Assembly (NCBI GenBank): GCA_964016885.1 | Contig: OZ024743.1 | Location: forward strand, 157,046,001 to 157,110,000 | DNA: 64,000 bases | Source of the DNA: Eledone cirrhosa | Taxonomy: Eukaryota | Reading direction: 5' to 3' | Shown: positions 11,956-26,252 of the stretch, in pieces | Layout: the number at the start of each line of letters is the position of its first letter | Numbering within the stretch: the stretch's first letter is position 1 | Translations under genes and position numbers: made by a program | Notes under the pieces: generated by a model | The model's input: only the letters and a program-made list of their open reading frames with translations | Told to the model about the DNA's origin: nothing | Databases searched by the model: none

Positions 11956-12755
11956 AAGAATTAAGTCATCAAGAAATACATAAGCATAACGCAATACAAG
12001 AAATAACTAAGATCACCACACCAAGAGAAAAATTAATATTTATAAACCTTAATATTTATAAACCAACCGGAAATTTATAAATTCCTAAATTTATATATTT
12101 ATTATAATAAATTGAAGTGAAAGCAACTGGTGCGTGTGTTTCTTATTGGCAACATGACCCTCCCAAAGTATAACAATATCGGTTTCAACACACGTTTTCA
12201 GATAAAGAATCTTGCTAAACAAATTAGCCAGGCTAACAAGATACTGAAAACCACCATGTTCTGTTGTCTACGAAAAACAATAAAAATCTCGACAACTACA
12301 CTTCATAAAAGAATGTGCCTCGTCACGAGATTACACCAACACCAGCAACACCGATGTAAGATTACAGCTCACCAAAAAGGAAGCAGATAGGCTAAAACGA
12401 ACACTAAGTCCTAAACATAAAAAAGAAGATTTATAGAAAATTAAGTCATCAAGAAAAACATAAGCGTAACCTAATACAAGAAATAACTAAGCTCACCACA
12501 CCAAGAGAAAAATTAATATTTATAAACCTTATATATCCTGAAGAAAAGTACATTGTTCAATAATGTGACAAGCACTTTAACAAGAAACTAAATGTCGTGG
12601 AACCAACCAACCGGAAATTTATAAATTTAATATAATAAATTGAAGTGAAAGCATGGTGTGTGTGTTTTTTATTGGCAACATGACCCTCCCAAAATATAAC
12701 AATATCGGTTTCAACACACGTTTTCAGATAAAGAATCTTGCTAAACAAATTCAGA
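11956..12755 (+). mobile_element. Partial tandem (about 1.5 units) of a small PLE-related pseudo-LTR element, inverted relative to the adjacent PLE
   Basis: 11960-12050 repeats at 12440-12530, and 12061-12225 repeats at 12605-12751. 12061-12176 is the reverse complement of 9675-9790. Confidence 0.65.
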
Positions 12756-12759
12756 AACG

Positions 12760-12800
<41 letters not shown>

Positions 12801-12803
<3 letters not shown>

Positions 12804-14002
12804 GGTGCCGTGAGTAGTTGAGGACAGATTTATGGTTTTAACAACACGGTTATATAATAACAGAAAAAAACTGTATTCTTATAAAAATAACATAAACATA
12901 AAACTAAGTTATCAATTTAATTTCATTCAATAATAAAACCATACGCATCAATAACTGCCTCTACGCGGTGTCGAAATTCTTTACAAGCTTGGATTAAGTG
13001 GTCCTTGTTCATATCGGACAGACTCGAACTATTGCGGCTTTCAAAGAATCGTTGGTGCTATGGAGGTGTTCATTGACATTTTTCTCAACAATGCTCCATA
13101 CAGTGGATTGAGATCTGGAGAATTAGTAGGCCATGTGTTGGGGATAATCTGATCATGCAATTTTATGGCCATCCATTTTGTGTCCTTTGAACCTTGCGTG
13201 AAGGTGCAGCATCTTGTTGAAAGACATAGGGCCTTCCATAGCATACACTGGTCCAAGGCTTAACAACTTTATCCAGAACCTCAATATACGCAGCAGCATT
13301 CACCCTAAGGCCTTGTGGTAAAAAGTGAAGATGATCATATGTCCTTCATTGCTAACAATACCCTAAGCCATGACACTTGCAGGAAGTTTGCTGTGCATTA
13401 CTTTTGGAACCTCAGAAGGGTCTGCACGTAGCCACCTGTCATTTCTTCTGTTAGTTTTCCGATCCTGGCCAAAGTTTTTCTCATTTGAGACAAACCAAAT
13501 CACACTATCTTCTGAGTGAGTTTGAAGTTTGTTCAAAAGTATTTTGGATCTGATTAAACGGTTTCCTTTTATTTTGTTCTGACATGAATTGACCTCTCCT
13601 CATCACGTAAGATTTGTATCTGATGTCTTCATGCACAACATTTCTTATTGTTTTTTCTGACACACCAACTTTTTTTGCAATTGACCTCATTGATTTTCCT
13701 GGATTGTTATCAGTGTTTTGCTTAACTTTCTGAATAAATTCACGTGTCCTGATTGAATCAGAGCATTTAGAATGTTTTGTACGTTTTGATATAGGTAGTA
13801 CGCTTTCATCTTCTTTCTCTAAGTCACACCGAATCTTGTGGATAAAAGATCTTGCAGCTTTCAGAAAACGAGAAATTTCTAAATCGCCATGCCTCAATGA
13901 CAACATACATTTTCATTTCATTAGTAAGCATAGTTATTTTCATTGAAATAGAAGTTCAATAACAATTGACTAAAAATGCATGTGTTCTCAAATACCGTCC
14001 GC
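12801..14002 (-). mobile_element. Decayed Tc1/mariner-superfamily DNA transposon
   Basis: HTH region NPGKSMRSIAKKVGVSEKTIRNVVHEDIRYKSY (13505-13906) and WPTNSPDLNPL (13041-13256). One end is CAGGGTG next to (TA)n; the other TIR is eroded. Confidence 0.85.
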
Positions 14003-14011
14003 ATATATATA

Positions 14012-14590
14012 GGAACGAGTAGGACCCCGACGGCTGAGCTCAATCCGTTTCGACGGCTAATTCTGGACTAAATTAAAATGTTTATCCTGGTACATGAATA
14101 GTCGAGCTTCTCAGGGGTTAATTCCATATATGGTAAAAGTGAGTGTCACAAGGATTGGTCAAAAGTTTGTTGTTGAGACAAATAATTCTATCATGGCAAG
14201 TTGTGGAAGGAAGGGGTAGCTGAACTTGCCAGTAGAAGAAAGAGGGAGAGGGAGTCGTGCGCTGATAGTGCCAACTACAGCCGGATCCTAAGTGTAGGAG
14301 GTCAAGAAAGTATACTACGGAGGCGGAGGGGGGGGGGGTCGAAACGATAGGTAAATCAATATGGAGTAAAAATATAGAAGGATAATAAGAATGTTAAAAA
14401 TATGAAAAAAAATATAAAAAAACAATTTCTGATTACTATTCCCCTACCACCATCATCAAGTCTCTCACTGGTACTGCCAAACTATAGAGAAGTTTAATTG
14501 GTGAGGCGGAATTGTAGTGAAAGTATTTTATGAGTTAGTAGTAATCATCCGAATCTATCTTTCAGTGACAGGTCAACAAGTAGGGGGCCA
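14012..14590 (-). mobile_element. (TA)n-bounded element with degenerate hammerhead-like motif; probable solo PLE pseudo-LTR
   Basis: Minus strand acccCUGA-GAAG...GUC GAAAC GG-auugagcucag-CC GUC ggggu at 14024-14118; flanked by TA runs. Confidence 0.4.
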
Positions 14591-14591
14591 A

Positions 14592-14697
<106 letters not shown>

Positions 14698-14699
14698 AA

Positions 14700-17600
14700 G
14701 TTTTTTGTCTTATAAAACATGGACGAATACGCCCCCTCCCGTTATGTCAGCTGTCAAATGACATGGACTAAAACGTCGAGCGATGTAATGCTGCCCCCTC
14801 TCCCGATAACCATCATTACAAACACTAACACCACAGTAGGCGGTATCGCCAATAGCAGCACCAACAACAAAAGCAAAATAAATGAGAGTAAGAACCGGAA
14901 TAATGACAACACCAACAACAATAACGGCGAGAAAGCAGATGAGAACAATAACGACAACACCTGCATTAATAATAACAACACCAGCAAGAATGACAACACT
15001 AACAACAACAACAAAGATAACGACGACAAAAAACAACAATAATTGCACAAAGAAAACTAACTGCAACAGTGACAACAAGAACAACACCAACAACAACGAC
15101 AACACCAATAACAACAACGACATTAACAACAACAACATCACCAACAACAATGTGACCAGCAACAGAACCGGTAACAGCAACACGGACAACAAGAACACTT
15201 TCGCTGTTTCAGCATCCAAAAAGAGGCCGTTTCTCACCATGGAACTCAGTAAAAAAGATAAAATTTGGCCTAGGCCTGAAAGCTCATTAGACAAGTTCAA
15301 ACCTGTGCCAGACTAACTGTCCCGGTTGAAGTCGCAGGAGTGGTGGAGAATGGCGTACGTTTGATGCATTTCAGTGTAGAATAAAAGCGGCAATTATTCC
15401 ACAAGCCGAAATTGAACATGCGCTAAGGTGCGTTAGGGATGACACCGAGTAGATAGCAAAGGACAGACACTACGGCACCATCTCGGTGCTGTATAAGTCA
15501 GAAACTCTCGCTGTGAAACACGCACTGCCCATTTACAAAACCAGCAAAATAATTAATTACCCCTCCTACATGGGAAAAAGTACAGAAAGAGTCCGCATTG
15601 CGGGGATTTTCCCAGGAATAGATTTGTGGTGGCTTCTGAGATGCGTTATTGTAGAGGGGCCAGATGCCATCCTGATCAGGTAACGGGAACAACCAGGGAG
15701 AACTGCTCCGGGGTTGGCATGGACATACCTCTCCACATCAGGCCTGAAGACTTGAGAAAAATCCCGGACCACATCCGTCTCCAAACCGGGACGGTTCTGC
15801 ACGTAATGAGCGAGCCTTCTGAACTCATCTGAAAAATGCTGACACCACACACACAACAAACATTTCCACAACGCCAACACCACTACCACCAACAATACCA
15901 CGAAGATCCACCAAACGCAAACACCTACAACAAACAAAAGAAAAGCTAACAATAATATGATGGCCCTGATAAGACGAAGGCAAGAAATAGAAAGACATTA
16001 GAGAGAACTTTCCTCGAGACGTGGGAACCCCGAATATGAAACCATCCTTAATTCTGTTAAAAGTGTTCCCAAATGAAAACAACCAATTATGGGTATCGAA
16101 CCTCCCAGCCTCCACAACCCCCGGGAGAAAGTAAACCCTTGCTCTCTCTACTTTAGCTAGCCAGCATGGCAATCCTAACAGTAGGATATATAAATGTTCA
16201 TGGCATTGGGTCGTCATGGATGCAGGGTAGCCTATTCAACGACTTCACCTCGCTAGATATGCATGTAATTCCGTCAGCGAGACCAACATATCCGGCACGC
16301 ACGCATTAGCCCCCATTTTCAACGAGAATCAGATTTTCGCAACTCTTAGTAGGTCGGAAATGGGAGATGCGGTGGCAGTGCTCTTTAGGAAAGGCCTGAA
16401 TCTCAAGGTATGTTCGATCTTCCGGAGCCAGGGTGGTAATTTGGTGTTCCTTGAAGTGAAAAATAGTGAAGGTGGTGACTTTAGACTAGTGGCCGTCAAC
16501 GCCTCTACGGGTTTTGGATTTCTTTCGGTGCCTGGAAGCCTTTCTGGGAATGTCTCACCCTTTACTATTGGCGAGGGAATGGAACGGCATCTTAGACGCA
16601 CGCCAGGATTATCTGGGAGAAGCTGACAGGACCAAAAGTTTCATGTACCTGTTCCGCTAGTTGCAACTGTCTGACAGGTACCGACAAGATTTCCCTAATG
16701 CGCCAGGATGGACATGGACCTACCGCATAGGTTCATATAGATTAGTTCATATGGATTAGTTTTTCATTAGGACAATAGATAACAATAATAGAGGTTGTCC
16801 ACACTTTCAAACGATCGCCTATTCAGAACACAAATTTGTGATCTCTATGGTTGACCTAGATAAGACACTCATGTTAAGACCTGATTACTGAAAGCTAAAA
16901 ATGTCGTTTCCTGCACGTAAGGTTTACAGGAACTAGGTCAACAATTTAGTTAAGCAAAAGTTAACAGGTGGGCCGTCATCAATAATATGTGGTGGAGCTC
17001 TCAAAAGAGTGATTAGATTAATTGAGATGCATTTTAGCAAAGAAGTAGCGTTGGAGAAATTAGAAAGGAGGGAAGCTGGTAATTAAATTAGACGAGGCAA
17101 TTTGTACTGACATTAGACCATTTCTTCAATGCGAAACACGAAAGATGCATTGTCAGAGCTAATGCGCGTGCTCCGAGACATGAGGCAACCAAAGCTGTTC
17201 TATGGGTCCGCGTGGCAGAGGCGCAATGTGGTAACCATACTACAATTTGAACTTTGACGGACCGCGACGGACGCGAGCTGAAGGATTCCAGACAGAAACG
17301 TGAGACCTTTCGGAAGCACTTTTCTAGGCTCTTGGAGTAGGGAGTGGTGCTTTGGAGACGGTGGAGAACTTCAATCCCTAACGCGTCTCTCCACAGCGGA
17401 TTCTGAACTCTGCGATAGGCCGATAACTTCAGCGGAGATGCGGATGCTTTAGTCATACGGTTTGGATGGTCTGTTCTTCGAGCTTTTTGTTCTGTCTCCT
17501 CGAAGTAACTGGCAACTGGCAACAGAACTGAAGCATTCCCACTTCTGTGAGCCGGTGCGTAGTGAGGCTGATAAGGAAAGACGAGATACGTTTGAGAACT

Positions 17601-19150
17601 TCAGGTCCATGACTCTGCTGAATACAGAGTTTAAAATAATGGCCATAGTGTTAGCGAAGAGATTGGCGCTTGCGGTCGAGAACTTGGTAGGCTCAAATTT
17701 GCGCAATCCGGACCAGGTCCATACAAGACAACCTCCAACTCATGCGATACATCGTAGTTAGGGTAGTATATATACTTGGCATTGGTGCAGCTCAAATCAA
17801 TTTAGATCAATCTAAAACTATTGATGTGGTCAATCATCGATACCTGTAGGCTGTTCGGAAAGGAGCTGGCTTCGGTAACATCTTCAGAGTCTGAATCGCT
17901 GCAAGGGGCAGGGGTATCTGCTCGGGGGTCACAGTTAATCACCACCTCTCGGAACATTTTCAGATATCCCGATCGGTCGGTCAACGGTGCCCCCCATCTT
18001 CACTTCTATACATATTAAAACTCACGTCTTTACTGCGGAAGCTAGACCTGTTGCAGGGCATCCTGCTTGAACCCGGATATGGAAAGGCTGTGTACACGTA
18101 TGCAGATGACATCACCGTGATGGTGTCGAAGACCTCGGAAATCAAGGTGGTCGACACCTTCTTCTCGACAATGAACAGATGTGGTCACCGTTTTCTAGAC
18201 ACGTTTCTCCCCAGGTCGTCTCCTTGGTGGAGTTGCATCCTGGGTCAAACGAAGTCCGAGGGTGTGCGCTTGGAGACTGGAATGTCTTCAGGCGCTCACA
18301 GCCCTCGTCTAGTTGGGCGATGTGATCGGTGAAAACTCCACTGGGTGTCGACGAAAGCCAACTAGCTGTTTACATCGGGTGGACTTTCGGTCCAGGTTCA
18401 ATGGACAGCTTCCAGTAGTCCCTGGCTTGGCAGTGTTACATGGGAGCTTTGCCAGTTCGAGATAAACTTTACAGGCATGGAAGTGCCGTTCAGTCGGGCC
18501 TGTCTGAGATGCGCTTCGGGCGACGAGACCATCCTGCCCGCACTCGTCCAGTGTCCGAGCATCGCTGACTTGTAGGTTTATGTCGCTTTTCGGTGTAGGA
18601 CCGATCCGGCTATCAGCTGAGTTTATCGTCAAGATTGCCTCGCCTCCGTCCTTTAAAGAGGAGGGTTAGGCAGTATTTAGCTGCCTGGTGGCTATGGTAA
18701 ATGAGGACATAGGGTGGACCCGTTTGAAAGGATTAAAGACGGACACTTTCCTCTTCGGTGACGCCCTCATTAAAATTTCCAGGTTTTACTTGAAAAGGAA
18801 AATCAGGGTGGAGAGGGAAGTTTTGCCTTCCAACTAGTTTGTTGAAAGCAGGGTGAGAGAGGCAACAATGGCCCGTGTGAATGGGCCGGCTCTGAACGTG
18901 CGCTGTAGTATCGTAGGAGGAACACTTGGAGAAGGCGCTTGCTCTGGCGGTCAGAGTGATCGTGGCTTTTTGTGGGCTTTCTTCAAGTGCGACCCTCGGT
19001 AGTCTCCCCCAATTGGGGAATTTTCCTTTGTTTTTTTGTTTTTTGTTGTTACTTCCTTTATTATTGTTTTTTTTTCCTTTCATGCAGAAATGCCCATATG
19101 TACCGTCCTGTGCTGTTTTTAATGTTATAATATGTACCATTATCATTATT
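14700..19150 (+). mobile_element. Heavily decayed Tx1-type LINE related to the array element
   Basis: ORF1 remnant NKNTFAVSASKKRPF / YPSYMGK / IPDHIRLQ parallels the intact ORF1. ORF2 starts at gccagcATGGC (about 16166), with NFRSMTLLNTEFK and YADD. 3' UTR and ATT-like tail near 19140-19150. Confidence 0.88.
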
Positions 19151-19700
19151 ACAAGTATAATGCCACGCTATCTTTGCCGCTAGTATTTCTTTTGAATTTT
19201 GTTTCTATTTTAGCAACAATCATAACAAAATTCCGACACAACCAATTACGTATGGCTGTGTTCTATCTGAAAAAAAAAATTTGTAGTAACCCACGTTTTA
19301 GTCCGTTCCAAAGTTGAATTTTCTTATCATTTTCCAAAAAAATTACAAAATGGCCTTTTTTTATCTGGCAAACACGATGAACCAGCATTTTTAAAAGCTG
19401 CTGATAAGAATAAATGGAATGGGCAGTTTTTGGAGCTGTCAATAAAGCTGCTGACAGCTGTTCTCCCAACTACGACAAAAGCAACTACAACAAAGACAAT
19501 ACCAAGAACAGTAACAACCAAATATAGCTACAGACGTTGAAGTGTTTCCTTACTCTGTCCAGTACCACTATTACCACTGCTGCCAACGACAGTGAATCAT
19601 TACTATGGTGATAGCAAATATATTAACAAGACCAAAACACCACAAAAAATGCTATCACATCTAACTTTAAAAAAAAAGATTGCTGATTTAAAAAAACTCA
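19151..19700 (+). mobile_element. Possible further Tx1 5' fragment (5' UTR + low-complexity ORF1 start)
   Basis: Follows the ATT-like tail directly. Weak similarity to the 5' UTR at 1575 (cacgct..tt..cgc..ag), then an A-rich context ATG and AAC-rich sequence. Confidence 0.3.
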
Positions 19701-22400
19701 CTAACAAAGAGTGAAAAATAAAATAGAAACGATGTTTGGTGACAGTAAAACTCTTCAATATAAACTGATCACCGTCAAACAAGAATTGAGAGCTGTCAGC
19801 GAGAAACCTCGATACCTAAAGAGGGTAGATGAACGAAAAGTACTTATTAAAAGATTCAGACGAAACTAAACATCAGTCTATAGATATATGAAGGGCAAAT
19901 TAAAAAATGTCAATGAGACCCATCCCAAAAAATATAGATTCCTTCTAGAGAAATACATGGGGTGAAAAGAAGAATTTCAACCAAGATGCAGTGTGGCTAA
20001 AAGAAATCCAAAAGAACTATTGCTCTTACACTACAACAAAAACATACGAAATACATGAGTATACCCTTGAGACTGTGATAGGAAAACTCCAAGATAAGAA
20101 AACACCAGGAAGAGACATATTGTCGGCTACTGGTAAATAAAACTGATATTCTATCGGATGTAAATTGTGGGCCTCTACCAACAAGTTCTCAAGGGATATA
20201 CACATATACCAGAATGGCTGACATTAGAACAAACAATACTGGTCCTCAAGAACAAAGACACCCACTTGGCAAAACAGTACCGACACATTGTATGCCAGAA
20301 CCTGATGTATAAGATGTATACAGCCTGCCTGAACCTATTCCTCCAAGATCACTGTGACTATGTAATAATATCATTACAGATGAACAGGCAGCTGAGAAGA
20401 AAGGATGTTGGATGTGTGCTGAACAACTCCTGATTAACAAAACCACGATGTCAGATGTGCGACAACTTAGGAGGAATACAGTCAGGCTGGACTACAGGAA
20501 AACTTTTGATTCGCTTCCACACTCTTGGATGATAGAGGCCCTCTGATTTACTAAAATCTCAGACACTATTATCAGAGCCATAGAGAAGCTGTCTTCTTCT
20601 TGGGCTATAATCCTAAAGTTAAAAACAGAGAAGGGGGACATTATTTTCACTGGTAAAATATAATATCAGTGGTATGTTTCAAAGAGACGTTCTCTCTGTG
20701 CTACTATTTACTCTGTCATTAAACCTCTTGTCCTTTCTGCTCAAGAAATGTGAAGGATTCATTATTGGTTTGCAGGACTGAAATAAGAACCTAACCAATA
20801 TTTTCTTTTTGGATGACCTGAAACTCTACGACGAGACCTAGGTGGGACGAAGAAAATTCTTGAGCTGGTTACGATATTGTCAAAGGATACAGGAATGTAG
20901 TTTGGCCAGGATAAATGTTCATATATAGTTGTAAATCGGAGAAAAACAAGCCAATCAATGGCCTAACTGTTTCTCAGATATCTGCTGAGGACTATTACAT
21001 ATACCTAGGGATACAAGAGAATATATTCCGTGATGGTGTATGTAACCAGGGAATATTACACCCGATTAAGAAGAATATGGTTAACTGATATCTCTGCGCA
21101 CAATCAAACATTGACTCGCAACATGTTTGCTGTGCCTTTCCTAACGCCAGCGTTTGGAATACTCAGTTGAACGATAAAGGAAATCCAAACAATTGATGTT
21201 AAAACTCGAAAAATCCTAAATACCACCGTAAACTTCCACACCAGTGTTGGCAGGTAGGCAGAGGCCTAACATCAGTCAAGACAGCATTTGTGTATCGCTT
21301 CATATCCCTCTGTCAACGTCTACGAACATCGAAGCGTAGGAGAGCATCTATTGAGCAAGTGTCTGCATGAGAGAGATACAATCATGAGAGTTGGAAAGGA
21401 ATTTCTTGAAAACTATTCCCTGCATGATAATCAAAGACCCACACCCATGGAAATTGCCCAGCAATACTGCAGTGAATCCATAAATGAAGAAGTGCATGCT
21501 TATCAGCAAAAATCATCCATGTATATGTTGTGAGGAGTCTCAAGAATGAGAGTAATATAGATAACAAAAGTAGTCTATCTTGGACCAACAACCTATATAT
21601 AGTGACCACCACTTTGACGGATATGCTTTTGCAATACAAGAACAGAAAATCAATAAGAAATACCAGATTCATAAAAGAGATAGGAATGCAGACAAAACAC
21701 CTAGATGTTACAACAAATGCAGACTCTGCAGAATTAACATATAATATGTCACCCATATCATATGCAGCTGTCCAGAGATTTCATCACGTTACTATCTACC
21801 TATGAGGCATGATGTAGTGACAATGCAATCCGTATAAAAGTTAGCCCTGACAATAAACACATTAAAACCGACAACAATGTGGAAGACATATACCTAATAT
21901 GAAAGAGTATTGGTGGAATGTTCAGGTTTATACTTATACAGAACTAATAAGAAATCTGCAGATACTCCACCCTGACGATATCTTCAGATGTATACCTGTG
22001 ATTATTGGGGCACTCAGATATGTTAGTAACTGCCTCAGTACAAACCTTGAGAAGTTGAGCTTCATAGAAATAGAAACAACACGACTAGTTAAGAAATTGC
22101 AAGTACCATCCATTAATGGAACAGTAAAAATATGTAAAAGACTCCAAACATTCTGCATACACACATGTACAGATACAAAGCTTATGCACATGAACACATA
22201 TAACTTAAAACATACACATCCACACATACAATAACATCCTTACCTGCACACACATGCATGCAGGCATGCATACGTATCTACCTAGTTGATGTTGTCTAAA
22301 TTCGAATGAGAGAGTAATGTATCTATGTTACAAACTGACTCTCCCTCTCTATTGGTAGAAATTTGTGAAATTATAAAACCAGAAGAACATACATACATAC
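19700..22400 (+). mobile_element. Degenerate R4/Dong-like (RLE-type) non-LTR retrotransposon
   Basis: IPEWLT..TILVLK..YRHIVCQNLMYK, WLDYRKTFDSLPHSW, FLDDLKLY, YLGI and C-terminal CIPVIIGAL; ends near (ACAT)n. Confidence 0.8.
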
Positions 22401-24258
22401 ATAAATACAACAATCTGTAGCTAATTTTGTTTCGTGGTGCCTGATATAACGTATTGTACGTACATGTTATGTAAATGAATTTTCAGCCATCTTTTAAATA
22501 TAAAACCTTATGTGTACATATGTTATCATATATCTGCGAGAATAATATTACTTCAATTAATTTCCATGCCTCACATACTCATGTTGCCAAATAACTTTTC
22601 CTATTTTATCTCATCTATCGATGTTTGGTGTCTATGAAGTATTTGCCTCACTTTTTGTTCGGTCAATCTTTCCTTTCTGAAATTTAGCAGTAAAACTGAT
22701 TTGATTGTAACAACAATGTTCGCATTCGCCTGAAATATTTTTGAAACAGGTATGACTGCCTCATATAGATTTAAATAATGTTATCTCTGAAATAGTTTCA
22801 TAACATTCAACATCATCATGATCCACACGATCATTGTTATTATTATCCTCCTCCTCCTCCTCATCATCATCACTACAATCAGCACCACCACCGTCATCAT
22901 CTTCATGAAATTGCGTTATAATATGTAATACGCATGTTTATTTTCAATACAGAAATAATAAAAAAGAGGGAGAAACAAAAGGAAAGAAAGAATAGGAAAT
23001 ATAGAAAAAGAATATAGAAAAAAAATCCATTGTCTGCTATAATCATCATTTAATTTCATCCTCATCACCAGGCACACATCAGTACACTTTCCTCGCCATT
23101 ATCACCAACACTGCTACGCCACTAATAACTTTGCTCGTCATGACACCAGAATCATAATCACTTACTCTCAACACCATCAGTTCTCATGTATTTAGACATC
23201 GAATCGAAAATTCATTTGAATAGATAAATCAAATATTGTATATGGAAATACAAAAATATTGAAATATTGGAATATGCTGTTTTGCCTTAAGGCAGACACT
23301 AATATTCATTTGAAGCAGAGAAATATTGGAAATACTCCAAGCACTATATTGTATTATATTTCCACAAAACAACATTGTAATATTATACTACACTAGGCTT
23401 TAATGTACTACACTAGGCTTTAATGTACGTTAATATAAAAGTATACTGAAACATCGCTGCACAATCATAATGCTCCGAATGAGATCCAACGGTCAACATC
23501 TAAATGTATCAGTTTTCACCATAGCATCTTGCCAAGTCAAACCGGGACCCAAAACTAGACTTTTGTAAATGAGAACCATGTGTATGGAAAAAAACTATAT
23601 TTCAAAAATCCATCTTCGCTACATACTGCATCTTGTAGATTTATTCTGAGAATTAACTAAAGATTACCAGTGCTTGTAGTAAATAATATTCAGCTTCTTA
23701 CACATTAAACTAACCAAAAGCTAGTTCAATAGCTTGTGTAACTCAATATTCATCGACGTGAGGTCCATCTCCGTACCAATTTACATTTCTACTTTTTAAA
23801 CTACCCCATTAAACTGCAAGATAGTGTCTGCATTATATTACACTTTCCTACAAGAGTCGCTACAATATACCACATTAAATTCATTCATGTCTACACTCTC
23901 TTTCTACACTGATTCAAAAAGGTCTTCATAATTGTGCATCAACAGAAAAGACGAGATGATCCCAATGATAATTAATCATAGGCCTGCTTCATCAGAGATA
24001 AGCTTTGGCTAAAATGAAGCCACGCCAACACTTTAACATACACCACTTTAACGTACACTATACTTCTACAATGTTCTTCACAATAATGCCTTATAGATTA
24101 GAAAGACGAAGTTTCAAAACGTTGTTATTATAATATCATTGTGTTATAAATGTAAATATTGTTTAACAATCAACCTTCATATATATCCATATGCTCAAAC
24201 GCCCATGTACAGACACACTTACACACACACACACACACACGCACACAGACACACACAC

Positions 24259-24293
<35 letters not shown>

Positions 24294-25997
24294 AAATGGT
24301 AAACGAAAAATCAGTGATGCACCGGAACTCAATTTATTGTGTGTTACAATTGTTTCCCCGGCGAACAGCTCGAGGTGAGATCAGTGTGTGGATCGAGCTG
24401 ACTCTCAACTCGCAGGTATATATACATGTGTGTGTCTGTGTGCGCAGGTGCGTGAGTGTGTATGTATGTAATGTTATGCGCGAAAAAATGGAAATACTAA
24501 GTTGGTTACTCGAACAAACAGTTTGCCCACCATAAGTCGCCTGGTCCTTGTGAAACATCATTCTAAGAGAAGGAAAATTCTTATGCAAAACCTGCGAGTC
24601 AATGACAACCAATGATGTTAGCTTGTTCTCATTTTTTATAGAATGGGATTGGTCTAGTGCAAGGCCTTTCGTCATTTAAAAATGTATCAGGCACAATCAT
24701 CACTTGATCTAAACGACTTACGCTTGTGCTACAGGAGCATGGCAGGTCATAGCAGAAATAAATGTATGTCCTTGCCAGGGCAAAAAAACTCACGTGTTAC
24801 CAATATGTTAGATGCACGCAATAGCAACTATGTTTTTGAAACTGGTAGTTGAGATTTCACAATACCGAACCATCGTGTAGTAATCATAAAAGTCTCTCAA
24901 ATATACTGCTGAAAGCTTATTCATTAGTATATTCAATCAGTCGAGATTGTAGTTGACGTTAATGATGCTATCCAATGGGTTACACAATTCTCTTCATCGC
25001 ATACTTGTTCTATCTCATAATCTGTAATTGAAAGTGGGGACAACTGATTTGAATGTACAACACTTTGTAAAAGTACAATATTCAAAGGCAAACATTATCA
25101 TGTGCCATAAGATCGAAACCATAAACACGGTTGCTGTTGGCAAAATAGGAGAAGATTTCATCCCTCGTTTTGCACATTTCCCATCAAATATGTCACTTCT
25201 CTTGAAGCACATTAAATTTACAATGATACTGCTATGTGCAGTGACCATCAGCAAACTCAAGACATTTTTTATGCACTTTAGGTAATGCGTCTTCATCGGA
25301 ACACTATTAATAGTTATTAAATATTCAAAGATGATAGGCTAAGTGACATTCTGTGGAAGCACAATTCTCTGATGTGAAAAGAAATCAAAATAATTCTTAT
25401 CTCGAAGAAAAAATAATAATCCATAATTTTGTTGATGTAGAGAGACAACGAGAAATACGAATCTGTCCGACATAGACCCAGGAAGAATGTTGAGGGTTCT
25501 TCAACGTCATACAATCATAGTCGGGTTTTATAACATATTATGTGACAGAAAACTGCAAGAACATTTTCAAATGTTGATGTGTAATTTGACTGCTTGATGT
25601 ATGGAACGGATAGTGTCATTCATTCCCTTACTATGTCCGGAGGTAGGGTGTGTTTCCACTACAAACTCAATACATAGGCCTGTTGTTTTTGTAGTTGTAT
25701 CTAGTAAACATATGTGTAATTAATTTTTAATTCATTCAAATGTTCTTTGACTGTTTTCAAACATTATACTGTGGTTGAGCTATGAAATTTTATTCAATTG
25801 CTTTAACCGATCTTATTGATCCATGATTACTTCATCTGGTATATAGTTGCTTAACTTATTTCATCATCCGATCTCTGTATTTGAACGGATAAGTCACATG
25901 CTTGACAAAGGGAGATGCAAACAGACTCATTGTTTTATAAGGTTTTATACAAACACACATACATAGACGAAAGGGTGTTAATACATTAAGAAATAAT

Positions 25998-26252
25998 TGT
26001 TTCTACTTTAGGCTCAAGGCCAGCAATTAACCAGTGCATTACTGGTACTTTATTTTATCGACCCCGTAAGGATGAAAGGCAAAGTCAACCTCGGCGGGAT
26101 TTGAACTCAGATCGTAAAGGGACGTAACTATACATTAAGAAATAATTGTTTCTACGTTTGGCACAAGGCCAGCAAATACCCAGTGCATTACTGGTACTTT
26201 ATTTTATCGACTCCGTAAGGATGAAAGGCAAAGTTAACCGCGGCGAGATTTT
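25998..26252 (-). mobile_element. Two 5'-truncated SINE family 1 copies (25998-26129, 26147-26252) with a triplicated 17-bp TSD
   Basis: atacattaagaaataat occurs at 25981-25997, 26130-26146 and 26253-26269. Confidence 0.85.

Noticed and set aside
24330-24420. Hairpin cagctcga..tcgagctg and minus-strand GAAAC-AAUU-GUA with AATAAA
   Set aside because: No CUGANGA core or complementary stem I; at most a decayed pseudo-LTR.
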